From IMG/VR virus record IMGVR_UViG_3300008262_000013: a stretch of DNA of 64,000 bases. One strand, 5' to 3'. This document shows positions 23,070 to 32,035 of the stretch, one piece after another. Numbering within the stretch: position 1 is the stretch's first letter; every line of letters starts with the position of its first letter. Under the pieces are notes generated by a model. That model saw only the letters and a list, made by a program, of their open reading frames with translations, searched no databases and was not told the origin of the DNA. The position numbers and the translations under genes are program-made. This DNA is from a virus. Lineage: Duplodnaviria; Caudoviricetes.

Positions 23070-23467
23070 TGGGTACTCGTTCACTTACATATGTTTATGA
23101 TGTTAAAACTCCCGTAGTTTGTATGTATCGTCAATATGATGGTTATCCTTCAGGTCACGGACAAGAACTTGCTGAATTTTTATTTGACGGCAAACTCGTA
23201 AATGGAATTCCTTCCGGTGCAAAAGGAAAACTTTTTAATGGTATGGGTTGTTTAGCTGCACAAATGGTAGCCGCATTTAAAGATGGTGTTGGTGGATTTT
23301 ATTTGTATCACACCGACCTAAATCAAGATTCTTGGCAAGAATATGAATATCATGTTTTTGAGGATAAAGTTATTGTTTATTCCGGATGTAGTAAAGATAA
23401 TAATATTCTTTTTAGTGGTTCCTGGTCAGAATTTGCCGAATTCTGTTCCGAGGATTATGTTTCTTAA
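23069..23467 (+). CDS. conserved hypothetical phage protein
   Basis: MGTRSLT...YRQYDGYPSGHG. Confidence 0.75.
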   Translation: MGTRSLTYVYDVKTPVVCMYRQYDGYPSGHGQELAEFLFDGKLVNGIPSGAKGKLFNGMGCLAAQMVAAFKDGVGGFYLYHTDLNQDSWQEYEYHVFEDKVIVYSGCSKDNNILFSGSWSEFAEFCSEDYVS

Positions 23468-23552
23468 TCGGCAAACATCCACATATCGCTTGCCAAATAG
23501 TGTAAGTTGTGGTATACTATAATCTCATTAAATGAAATAGGAGTAATTTATT

Positions 23553-24104
23553 ATGGCAAAAACTAAAACTGTAAAATCTGTTAAACTTAAACCTTTCGAA
23601 AAACTTCTTACCGTTATGGTGAGTGGTAAGCCTGTAACGATTGAAGAAATCGAATCGACTCTAGGTGATGAAATTCATATGTATCGTCTTTCGACATACA
23701 TTTGGCATATCAAAACCTTTGCTAATGGTGTAGTTAAGGCTATCAAAGATGGCCGTAAAGTGACTGCTTACCAAATCACTAACGTAAGCGAAGTGAAACA
23801 GTATATGAAATCCGCTGGCGTGACCGCTGCGAATTTTGTACCTGGTCAATCACAAAAAATCACCCGTGGTGGTGCAAAAGCCGCAGCTAAACCTGTTGCA
23901 AAAGCAAAAGCGGTGAAAGCTAAAACACCTAAGGTTAAAACAGTCAAATTCAGAGGAGCCACTGTTACTAAACTAAAAGATTTGAACTCTACGCCAGTTC
24001 AAACTCAGTTTGATGTTCCTGTTGTTGAGGAAATTATGAATGATGGGTTCGATTCTGAAGTAAATGATATCGTTAATGAAATTCGTGACAGTATCGTTGA
24101 CTAA
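23553..24104 (+). CDS. hypothetical protein with a Lys/Ala-rich linker
   Basis: Preceded by a TTGCCA...TATACT promoter and an AGGAG SD. Confidence 0.7.
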   Translation: MAKTKTVKSVKLKPFEKLLTVMVSGKPVTIEEIESTLGDEIHMYRLSTYIWHIKTFANGVVKAIKDGRKVTAYQITNVSEVKQYMKSAGVTAANFVPGQSQKITRGGAKAAAKPVAKAKAVKAKTPKVKTVKFRGATVTKLKDLNSTPVQTQFDVPVVEEIMNDGFDSEVNDIVNEIRDSIVD

Positions 24105-24380
24105 TTAAGTTATGGGGAAGTGGCACGACTGCCTACTTTTAAACAACAACAGACTATCGGGAGATACTCGCCGTGCCCCCACCATTACTAAAATTATGAT
24201 GTTAAAAATTCTAAAATATCTTACACATAGTGGTATTACCATCAGTATACCCATAAATCCACTTCATTGGTATTATATTCCAAGGTTCTATAAACAAGTA
24301 GATCCTTGGGATGATTATACCTTCATTGTTTCTTTTTTATTTTTACATATAAACTTTTACATTAGTGACGGGAGTTGGTA

Positions 24381-24629
24381 ATGACACAATTTGATTTAGA
24401 ACAAGCTATCATTCGTTTGTGGGGAATGGATGAAGATATTCAATTGCTCTATGAAAATGTAATGGAAAAAGATCCTTCAAGTGATGATATTGCTAATACA
24501 CTGGTGGGTTTAAAACATATAATTCAAATGCGAGGTGAAAAGTGTTTCGAATTGTTTGAAGCGTTTACCCGTGAATATTATGAATTAAAAAAACAAAATG
24601 AATATCTTTTATCTCAGCAAAAACCCTAA
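24381..24629 (+). CDS. hypothetical protein
   Basis: Track ORF 24375..24629; MTQFDLEQAI. Confidence 0.65.
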   Translation: MTQFDLEQAIIRLWGMDEDIQLLYENVMEKDPSSDDIANTLVGLKHIIQMRGEKCFELFEAFTREYYELKKQNEYLLSQQKP

Positions 24630-25158
24630 AGAATGTGCAGAAATGCACCTCGATAAACATGTGGTGAAAATGATTATTGAGTATGCACAACTTATGTCAA
24701 CGGCGCATCGTGTTTTAGACGGACAAGAATATTATGATTTGACTGCGAATAACCGTAAGATTAAACGATGGCGATTGAATGATGATCGTGAAGTGACGTT
24801 GATGAAAGCTTCACACATCAATCATCCATCGGCTGTTTGGGCTCGCACCTCAGATTTAAACTATATTTGGTTGTACAATATGTGGAAACATTTACTTGAT
24901 GAATATACATATCGTTATGGAAAAATACATGCCTGCGCCAGACTATATACAGTATTAAGTGCGATTCCAAAAAATATTAAAGTTGGTTTTTTTACCGATC
25001 CGACACCAGCGATGCCTGATGAATGTAAGATTGCCGGTAATTCTTTAGCATCGTATCATAAATATTATTTGGAAAAGAAAAATCATTTCGCTAAATGGAC
25101 TAAGAGACAACCTCCCATTTGGTACATCGATGCAGTAGATAATAATGCCAACATATAG
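24598..25158 (+). CDS. pyrimidine dimer DNA glycosylase (DenV-like family)
   Basis: MNIFYL...DKHVVKMIIEYAQL.STAHR, H.NHP, H.C and YH.YY motifs. Confidence 0.75.
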   Translation: MNIFYLSKNPKECAEMHLDKHVVKMIIEYAQLMSTAHRVLDGQEYYDLTANNRKIKRWRLNDDREVTLMKASHINHPSAVWARTSDLNYIWLYNMWKHLLDEYTYRYGKIHACARLYTVLSAIPKNIKVGFFTDPTPAMPDECKIAGNSLASYHKYYLEKKNHFAKWTKRQPPIWYIDAVDNNANI

Positions 25159-25441
25159 ATTCTTGAATACTGAAACTGGAGAAGAATTTGATGATTTCTT
25201 AAGTATATCATCCAAAGAAGAACTCCTCGAAAAAAATTCCCACATTAGACAGGTGCTGACCACATTTGGTATATCCAGTATGGTCGGCGATATTCATTCG
25301 AAAACTGACGATACTTGGAAAGAAGTTTTATCCAAAGTCGCAGAAGCTCATCCAAATAGTAAAGTGGGTAGACAACATGGTAGAAGATCAATTAAACAAG
25401 TTAAGACGGATCAGATTGTAGAAAAATGGAAAAACAAATAA
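25145..25441 (+). CDS. FmdB-like small protein
   Basis: MPTYRF...TGEEF N-terminus. Confidence 0.6.
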   Translation: MPTYRFLNTETGEEFDDFLSISSKEELLEKNSHIRQVLTTFGISSMVGDIHSKTDDTWKEVLSKVAEAHPNSKVGRQHGRRSIKQVKTDQIVEKWKNK

Positions 25442-25490
25442 TTTGAGAAGGTTCTATATTATGCTAACTTTCTTTTGTAAAGGAGAGACT

Positions 25491-25658
25491 ATGGCAAAAA
25501 GAAAGGACACTCGCACTAAAATACCTATTTTAAGGCAACATATTAGAGGTAACTTAGGGAGAAGGGAATTACTTGATGATCTTGAAAGATGGTTTTCCGA
25601 TAGACAGGAAATACAATTAATAAACAACACTAACATAGGAAAGTTTGTATTAACATAA
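25491..25658 (+). CDS. hypothetical protein
   Basis: AAGGAG SD; in frame within track ORF 25443..25658. Confidence 0.5.
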   Translation: MAKRKDTRTKIPILRQHIRGNLGRRELLDDLERWFSDRQEIQLINNTNIGKFVLT

Positions 25659-25664
25659 AGTTTA

Positions 25665-26384
25665 ATGAATTTTAATCATGTGAAAATAGATGGATTAGAT
25701 TATGAATTAGAATCCACAACTACAGAGAAGGGTAGAGTGTATAAGACACCGGGAGGAAATCTCTACCCTTCAATTACCACTATTCTATCCCATTCTACCG
25801 ATAAAAAACATTTGGACGAATGGCGTCAAAGAGTCGGCGAAAAAGAAGCCAATAGAATAACTAAAAAATCTTCCGATAGGGGTACAAAATTACACGAAAT
25901 GTGTGAGAAGTATTTACTGAATGAATTAACAGATTTTAAAATTCGCATGATGATGCCTGATATAAAAGACTTCTTCATGCAATTAAGGCCACACATAGAC
26001 CAGAATGTTGGAGATGTTTTTGGTCTAGAATTACCACTTTACAGTGATGTATTAAAACTGGCAGGTAGAACAGATTGTGTTGCCCTATGGAATGACAAAG
26101 TATCAATAATTGACTATAAAAATTCTAGAAAAGAGAAAAAAGAAGAATGGATTCAGAATTATTTTGTTCAGTGTACCGCTTATGCGGTGATGTTCGAAGA
26201 AAGAACTGGTATACCTGTAGAACAGATAGTAGTGGCGATTGCAAATGAAGAAGGAACACCTCAGATTTTCATCAGAGAAAAGTCTAAATACCTGGAAGAA
26301 CTCCAATCTTATATCGAAAGGTATTGGACAAATGAAAAAATTTCTTCTACCGTTACTGCTATTTCCAGTAATGGCAATTGGTAA
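25665..26384 (+). CDS. PD-(D/E)xK exonuclease of T4-like phages
   Basis: YPSITTIL, RGT.LH, AGRTDC, IIDYK and Q..AYA. Confidence 0.85.
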   Translation: MNFNHVKIDGLDYELESTTTEKGRVYKTPGGNLYPSITTILSHSTDKKHLDEWRQRVGEKEANRITKKSSDRGTKLHEMCEKYLLNELTDFKIRMMMPDIKDFFMQLRPHIDQNVGDVFGLELPLYSDVLKLAGRTDCVALWNDKVSIIDYKNSRKEKKEEWIQNYFVQCTAYAVMFEERTGIPVEQIVVAIANEEGTPQIFIREKSKYLEELQSYIERYWTNEKISSTVTAISSNGNW

Positions 26385-26670
26385 TAATACGAATGTTGAA
26401 CAACAAGAATTTGATCTGATACAAACTAAGATAATTTGCACCGAAGATAAAGTAATTTATTCTTCTTTGGATGAATATGGTGAGAAACCTTTGTTACATA
26501 TGATATCTCATAGAAAAATAAATGACGGTACAGAAGAATCGATTAATTCTTATCCAACAATTCTATTTGTAAATCCAAATACTGGAACTTGGACTTTGGT
26601 AGAAAAACATACAGAAAATATTTTGTGTGTAGTTACTATAGGGCAACAATTAAAACCTTATAGTAGATAA
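26332..26670 (+). CDS. secreted/periplasmic hypothetical protein
   Basis: Signal-peptide-like N-terminus MKKFLLPLLLFPVMA and a GTWTLVE...C block. Confidence 0.6.
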   Translation: MKKFLLPLLLFPVMAIGNNTNVEQQEFDLIQTKIICTEDKVIYSSLDEYGEKPLLHMISHRKINDGTEESINSYPTILFVNPNTGTWTLVEKHTENILCVVTIGQQLKPYSR

Positions 26671-26702
26671 AGCTTGACAAATAATCTATATTATGTAATA
26701 AT

Positions 26703-27025
<323 letters not shown>

Positions 27026-27048
27026 CAATTATAAAAAGAAGAAAAAAA

Positions 27049-27354
27049 ATGATTACTAAAGAAATTAAACTTATAAATGAATTAGGACTTCATGCTAGAG
27101 CGGCATTAAAATTTGTTGAGACTTCATTAAACTATAAAAGTGAGATAGTCGTAACTCATGGAGAAAAGACTGCAAATGGCAAATCAATAATTGAATTAAT
27201 GTTATTATCTGCAAGTAGTTTTCTTTACTCGAACAGTGTTTTAATTTTAAATATAAATGGTGAAGATGAGGAAGAATGTATGAATTCTTTAGTTGAGTTG
27301 ATTGAGAATCGATTCGGAGAAGCTGAATTTCCCGCTATAACCTTTGGTATGTGA
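27049..27354 (+). CDS. ptsH: HPr-family phosphocarrier protein
   Basis: GLHARA (His15) and NGKSII (Ser46) motifs; C-terminal RFGE. Confidence 0.88.
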   Translation: MITKEIKLINELGLHARAALKFVETSLNYKSEIVVTHGEKTANGKSIIELMLLSASSFLYSNSVLILNINGEDEEECMNSLVELIENRFGEAEFPAITFGM

Positions 27355-27465
27355 AAGTAAATTCATATTCATAGATTTTTAATGATTATCAGTAGAACTT
27401 TTTTATGAGTTTTTCAATACATAAACAGACAGCTAATACTGTCACTATATTAAAAGGAGAGAAAT

Positions 27466-27537
27466 ATGTGGACTAAACCTACTGCACAAGATATGCGTTT
27501 TGGTTTCGAAATCACGATGTATATCGCAAATCGTTAA
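27466..27537 (+). CDS. pqqA: PQQ precursor peptide PqqA, 23 aa
   Basis: MWTKPTAQDMRFGFEITMYIANR with an E-x3-Y core and AAGGAG SD; below the track length cut-off. Confidence 0.92.
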   Translation: MWTKPTAQDMRFGFEITMYIANR

Positions 27538-27659
27538 TTGAAATAGTGGGTTTGGTGGCATCACCCGGACTTGTTCCGAAAAACCACCACTTTAAGCAAT
27601 AAAAACACTAAATAGATATATCGGTTCGCCGATATACACACAACACACAGGAGAAGTAA

Positions 27660-27932
27660 ATGAGTAATCTTACACCGTTTGAGATTCGTCTTGAACTTTT
27701 AAAAATGGCGCAAGGACTTTTGCTAGAAGAATATCATTCTAACAAAGAGCGTCTATCAAATGAGTGGCATATGAAGGTAGAGTCCGCTAAACTAAACGGA
27801 CAACCAATACCTGATCATCCACCATATCCCAACTATCCCACAGAAAACGATATCATAAACAAAGCTCAGTCTTTGAATGGGTTCGTTTCTAACATCACAG
27901 CAGAAAAGACACAGAGCAAAAAGTCTGCCTGA
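27660..27932 (+). CDS. conserved hypothetical protein of T4-like phages
   Basis: PFEIRLELLKMA...YPTE.DII.KA..LN.FVS; CTAAATA late-like motif and AGGAG SD upstream. Confidence 0.75.
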   Translation: MSNLTPFEIRLELLKMAQGLLLEEYHSNKERLSNEWHMKVESAKLNGQPIPDHPPYPNYPTENDIINKAQSLNGFVSNITAEKTQSKKSA

Positions 27933-27979
27933 CGGGACCAGATGTGCTTCGGCACATCTCTAACTAACAAGGAGAAAAT

Positions 27980-28543
27980 ATGCGTTTATTAACCGTATTA
28001 TCAAGTATATTATTTGCTATATTCTTAGGTTTCTTTGCATTTGCTTTTTCGCAAATACCGATACCTACAAAACTAAATGTAAAATTTAGTGATTTAAGTA
28101 TGGATGCAAGAAAACAAGTAGAATGTTTAGCGCAAAACATTTACTTTGAATCTGCACACGAACCCACTGAAGGTCAAATTGCAGTAGCTTTTGTCACTTT
28201 GAATAGAATGAAAAGTGGACGTTTTCCCAATACATATTGCGATGTAGTTAAACAGAAAACATATTTCGAAAGATATGTTGTTTGCCAATTTTCTTGGTAT
28301 TGTGAAGATAAACCTCTGGCGATATTGAAGAATAATGGCTTGACAACACGCAACAATTCGTTGTATAATAGTATTGTTGACTTGTCTTTAAACTTTTATT
28401 TGAATCATGATAAGATGAATGACCCAACTAAAGGTGCTCTTTTCTACCATGCAGATTATGTTTCACCTGGATGGCCTAATATGAGAAGAACAGCTTATAT
28501 TGGTAGACATATTTTTTACAACAAAACTAAATGGAATGCTTAA
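27980..28543 (+). CDS. cell wall hydrolase (SleB/Hydrolase_2)
   Basis: CLAQNIYFES, QFSW, GALFYHADYV.P.W and IGRHIFY. Confidence 0.88.
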   Translation: MRLLTVLSSILFAIFLGFFAFAFSQIPIPTKLNVKFSDLSMDARKQVECLAQNIYFESAHEPTEGQIAVAFVTLNRMKSGRFPNTYCDVVKQKTYFERYVVCQFSWYCEDKPLAILKNNGLTTRNNSLYNSIVDLSLNFYLNHDKMNDPTKGALFYHADYVSPGWPNMRRTAYIGRHIFYNKTKWNA

Positions 28544-28546
28544 ACT

Positions 28547-28795
28547 ATGGAGAACTTAATGAGTAGTGAATCAAACAACAAAAGTTATGCGGTAATTTTT
28601 TCTGTAACAGTAGTACTTATTTCAGCTATTGTTGCTGTCTGCATTTACGGATTGAACGAACGCAAATTGATGGCATCGAATATTGAAAATGCTATCTCCA
28701 AAGGAATAGATCCACTTTCAGTTCGTTGCTCATATGCGAGAGGTGATGATATTATCTGCGTTACTCATGCTGCATCTGGAACACGTTACAAATAA
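28547..28795 (+). CDS. membrane-anchored hypothetical protein
   Basis: Transmembrane segment followed by KGIDPLSVRC.Y. Confidence 0.7.
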   Translation: MENLMSSESNNKSYAVIFSVTVVLISAIVAVCIYGLNERKLMASNIENAISKGIDPLSVRCSYARGDDIICVTHAASGTRYK

Positions 28796-28812
28796 AATAG
28801 GAGATTTTCATT

Positions 28813-29085
28813 ATGGCTGTACAACAATTATCAGTAAATGTACTTAGTAATCCTGCTGACCGCGAGAAACTTCTGGTTGTGTTGAAAGAATGTTCAAATT
28901 CATTGACACGCATGGAAGGCGAAAAGGATTATATTAAAGAAGCAACAACTAATATTGCAAAGGATCTTCAACTACCGAAAAAACTTGTCGCTAAGATGGT
29001 GAAAGTATATCATAAACAAAATTATGATGAGGAAGTTGCAGTACATGAACAATTTGAAACTCTTTATGAAACGGTCGTAAAATGA
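28813..29085 (+). CDS. dsbA: T4 DsbA-like dsDNA-binding protein
   Basis: KMVKVYHKQNYDEE...FE.LYE; adjacent to gp33 as in T4. Confidence 0.75.
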   Translation: MAVQQLSVNVLSNPADREKLLVVLKECSNSLTRMEGEKDYIKEATTNIAKDLQLPKKLVAKMVKVYHKQNYDEEVAVHEQFETLYETVVK

Positions 29086-29435
29086 AATATACATTTACAT
29101 GTGAAGATGAATACTCCAATTGGAAAAATTCTACAGAATTCTATGCAGATTCGTTAGATGAAATTCTAGAAAATTTCGGTTATTTTTTGAAAGGAAGTAC
29201 CTTTCATATTGATGGTGAAATTGATATAGTTGGTACTGATATAGAATTGTCAAACGAACACACGAATAGTCCAAGTAGTATAAATTTTATAGTTGATTCT
29301 CTATCATCGTGGAATGAAGATGCTAAGAAATTGATGTCACAATCTGATAAATGTAATATTTGTGGTTTCGCAATAGATATTATGGCTAGACATGATTGTT
29401 ATCAACCAGAATGCCCACTTGCAAAATCTTTGTAA
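29082..29435 (+). CDS. hypothetical protein
   Basis: Track ORF. Confidence 0.65.
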   Translation: MKYTFTCEDEYSNWKNSTEFYADSLDEILENFGYFLKGSTFHIDGEIDIVGTDIELSNEHTNSPSSINFIVDSLSSWNEDAKKLMSQSDKCNICGFAIDIMARHDCYQPECPLAKSL

Positions 29436-29438
29436 GGT

Positions 29439-29672
29439 ATGAAATTTATGCCGACAAAAGACGAAATGCTTAAATTTGCGAAAACTATTGAATCATTAGT
29501 TGCAAACACTGATTACAACTACATTGAAGCCATAGTTGAGCACTGTAAGCAAACTGGTCTTGAAATAGAGGTTGCTGCTTCACTCATCAATCAAAACCTT
29601 AAGGCTAAGATTGAGAGTGAAGCTATGAATAATAATTTATTGAAGGTGAAAGGTAATCGACTGCCAATATGA
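29439..29672 (+). CDS. gp33: late transcription coactivator gp33
   Basis: YIEAIV..C...LEIE.AA.LI...LK.KIE.EA...N.L; synteny with gp59 and gp32. Confidence 0.85.
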   Translation: MKFMPTKDEMLKFAKTIESLVANTDYNYIEAIVEHCKQTGLEIEVAASLINQNLKAKIESEAMNNNLLKVKGNRLPI

Positions 29673-30268
29673 TAACTGGTTATGAGGCTTTTGGAATATA
29701 CAACGCACTCAAACTACATTTTACTCAGGAATCATATGATTACTTTAAATATAATGGGAAAACAAATGTTAGTTTGAGTTCTTTTGAAAACAGAAAAGAT
29801 AAATGGCATTTCACTAAACTTTCAAAGAAGTTTAATCTAAAAGATGATCTGGTATCTTTCATTGTATCAAATTTAGTGAACAATGAAAAACTCTGGATTG
29901 GAGATTTATTGAACGAAGATGCTGATGTGCATCATATGAAAAGAAAAAAGGTGATACAGTCGTTCTCATATGTTTTCGAGAATGATTGTATCAAACTATT
30001 TTCCAATGTTCAAAATCCAAATGAGTTATTAGTGCCCGAGCAGGGTTCTCATCCCAAGTTACTTACATCATGTATGAGAAAAGAGATTGAAATAGAAACT
30101 CTTTGTGTTCTGAATTCTATTTTAAATTTTTTTCCAATGTGGAAACAAAAAATAGAAGATACTATTATATGGCCATCGTATAGAATGAAAGTCTTAAAAT
30201 ATAATGATTTTTTGAACAAAGACCAAACAAAAAACAAAATAATTTTAAGGAAAATATTAAATGCTTAG
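29669..30268 (+). CDS. gp59: helicase loader gp59
   Basis: Y.ALKLHFT..SYDYFKY.GK and FENRKDK..F.KL. Confidence 0.9.
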   Translation: MITGYEAFGIYNALKLHFTQESYDYFKYNGKTNVSLSSFENRKDKWHFTKLSKKFNLKDDLVSFIVSNLVNNEKLWIGDLLNEDADVHHMKRKKVIQSFSYVFENDCIKLFSNVQNPNELLVPEQGSHPKLLTSCMRKEIEIETLCVLNSILNFFPMWKQKIEDTIIWPSYRMKVLKYNDFLNKDQTKNKIILRKILNA

Positions 30269-31046
30269 AATAATAATAACAACAATTGCATTGACTATTT
30301 GCACCTTTTCTTATGCAAAGCGTTCGGAACCATCAATAATTCACTTTGATGTTTCTGAAAATAAAGTCATGTTCAATCAAAATATTAGTGATACTCGTTC
30401 TATAGCTAGTGTTACAAAACTCATGACCGCCATGGTAGCTTTGGATTACAGTACTGATATGAATAAACAATTAAATCTAGTACGAAAAGTAAAGTCTAGT
30501 TTGCCACCAAAGTCATACACTAGAGGTGAATTATTTGAAGCGATGTTAATTCGTAGTGATAACGCAGCTGCTGAAACTTTAGCGTCTGATTATCCTGGTG
30601 GTCGAGATGCTTTCTTAAAGGCCATGAACAAAAAAACTTGTGATTTGGGTATGAATTCTACTTATTTTAAAGATCCAACAGGACTTAATATGGGTAATAT
30701 TTCAACTGCAAATGAAGTTGTGAATATGGTGATTGCGGCATCAAATTATCCAACAATAAAAAATATAAGTATAAGAAAACAAACTCTTATAGAAACTAAG
30801 TTTAAGAAGAAGGTAAGAAAAATCGTTCTGTATAATACAAACAGAAGGGTTCTTTTTGAGTTTGATAATGTAATTGTGAGTAAAACTGGATTTACCAACC
30901 CAGCCGGTTATTGTGTAGCAATTATGGTAGAACAAAACAATCGTAAACATGCCATAGTAATATTAGGAGCTAAAAACTCCAAAGAAAGAGTTGACACGGT
31001 TAAAGAAATCATGTATAATAATATTATAGATGGCGAATCTCACTGA
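30261..31046 (+). CDS. D-alanyl-D-alanine carboxy/endopeptidase (peptidase S11, PBP7-like)
   Basis: Signal peptide plus SVTK (SxxK), SDN and KTG motifs. Confidence 0.88.
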   Translation: MLRIIITTIALTICTFSYAKRSEPSIIHFDVSENKVMFNQNISDTRSIASVTKLMTAMVALDYSTDMNKQLNLVRKVKSSLPPKSYTRGELFEAMLIRSDNAAAETLASDYPGGRDAFLKAMNKKTCDLGMNSTYFKDPTGLNMGNISTANEVVNMVIAASNYPTIKNISIRKQTLIETKFKKKVRKIVLYNTNRRVLFEFDNVIVSKTGFTNPAGYCVAIMVEQNNRKHAIVILGAKNSKERVDTVKEIMYNNIIDGESH

Positions 31047-31051
31047 ATACC

Positions 31052-31270
31052 ATGAATAAAGAATTTGATAACATAATGAGTCGAATAAAAAACTTGAGGG
31101 AGTTTGAGGTTCAATATACTGTTCCCGATAGTTTTAATTTTAATGGACCTGTTCCTTTTGATATGTCCATCAGTGCTGGTATAGCATATGTTAGAGTCAT
31201 TGCCGTGACTTTGGAAGAAGCAATGACAAAAGTAGAAAAATATTTCGAAGGAGACGATTATGAGTGTTAA
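31052..31270 (+). CDS. hypothetical protein
   Basis: Track ORF after a TTGACA-17-TATAAT promoter at 30991-31019. Confidence 0.65.
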   Translation: MNKEFDNIMSRIKNLREFEVQYTVPDSFNFNGPVPFDMSISAGIAYVRVIAVTLEEAMTKVEKYFEGDDYEC

Positions 31271-31466
31271 AGAAATTCTAACAAATAGAGATGACTGGAA
31301 ATTAAAATTTCAAATGGAAGATTGCTTATCGCCTAGAGGTATGAGGCATTTACGTTTTACTGGTGAACAGTATAATAAAGAAGGTGAGATGACAAATACT
31401 TCCTCTTATGATTTCTTTTTAGAAGAAACAGAAGTTTTTAGGTTAGCAAACTATTTACTCAAATAA
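31260..31466 (+). CDS. hypothetical protein
   Basis: Track ORF with a GGAG SD. Confidence 0.65.
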   Translation: MSVKEILTNRDDWKLKFQMEDCLSPRGMRHLRFTGEQYNKEGEMTNTSSYDFFLEETEVFRLANYLLK

Positions 31467-31468
31467 TT

Positions 31469-31966
31469 ATGATCAAAAAAATATATCTTGATATGGATGG
31501 CGTTTTATGTGATTTTGAAAAACGCTATTTTCATTTATTCGATGAAACACCAGGTGAAACAAGAGATAAGAAGAATTTTAACCCAAATTGGAAACAGTTT
31601 GTTAAAGGTGAAAATTTTGCCACATTAGATTGGTATCCTGGTGGTAAAGAATTGTTGAGTTTTATTAAAAAATATCCAGTTGAAGTTGAAATTCTTTCCT
31701 CATCTGGTGGAGAGAAGTTTCATGGTGAAGTAACCGTTCAGAAGATTAAATGGCTTCGTAGCCATGGCATTAACTACAAAGCAAATATTGTTCCTGGTAG
31801 AAAACATAAGAAAGATTATGCTACACCAGATATGATTTTGATTGATGATACTCCAGATGTGATTGAAAGTTTTAATAAAGCTGGAGGTCATGGTATACTT
31901 CATAAAGATATTACTAAAACTAAGGAAATGTTGAAGAAGTTGCTTGCAAGTTCACTAAATAAATGA
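31469..31966 (+). CDS. HAD-family 5'(3')-deoxyribonucleotidase-like protein
   Basis: DMDGV, LSS, K..W and LIDD motifs. Confidence 0.8.
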   Translation: MIKKIYLDMDGVLCDFEKRYFHLFDETPGETRDKKNFNPNWKQFVKGENFATLDWYPGGKELLSFIKKYPVEVEILSSSGGEKFHGEVTVQKIKWLRSHGINYKANIVPGRKHKKDYATPDMILIDDTPDVIESFNKAGGHGILHKDITKTKEMLKKLLASSLNK

Positions 31967-32035
31967 TATACTATGTTTATGTGGATAAGTCGTTTTATAC
32001 ACCGTTAATACACCGTTTATACGAAAGGAAGTACT

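Noticed and set aside
27930-27960. TGA followed by a stable hairpin (SECIS-like read-through)
   Set aside because: Read-through is out of frame with the next gene and stops soon after, and no tRNA-Sec is present. It is more simply a UUCG stabilising hairpin.
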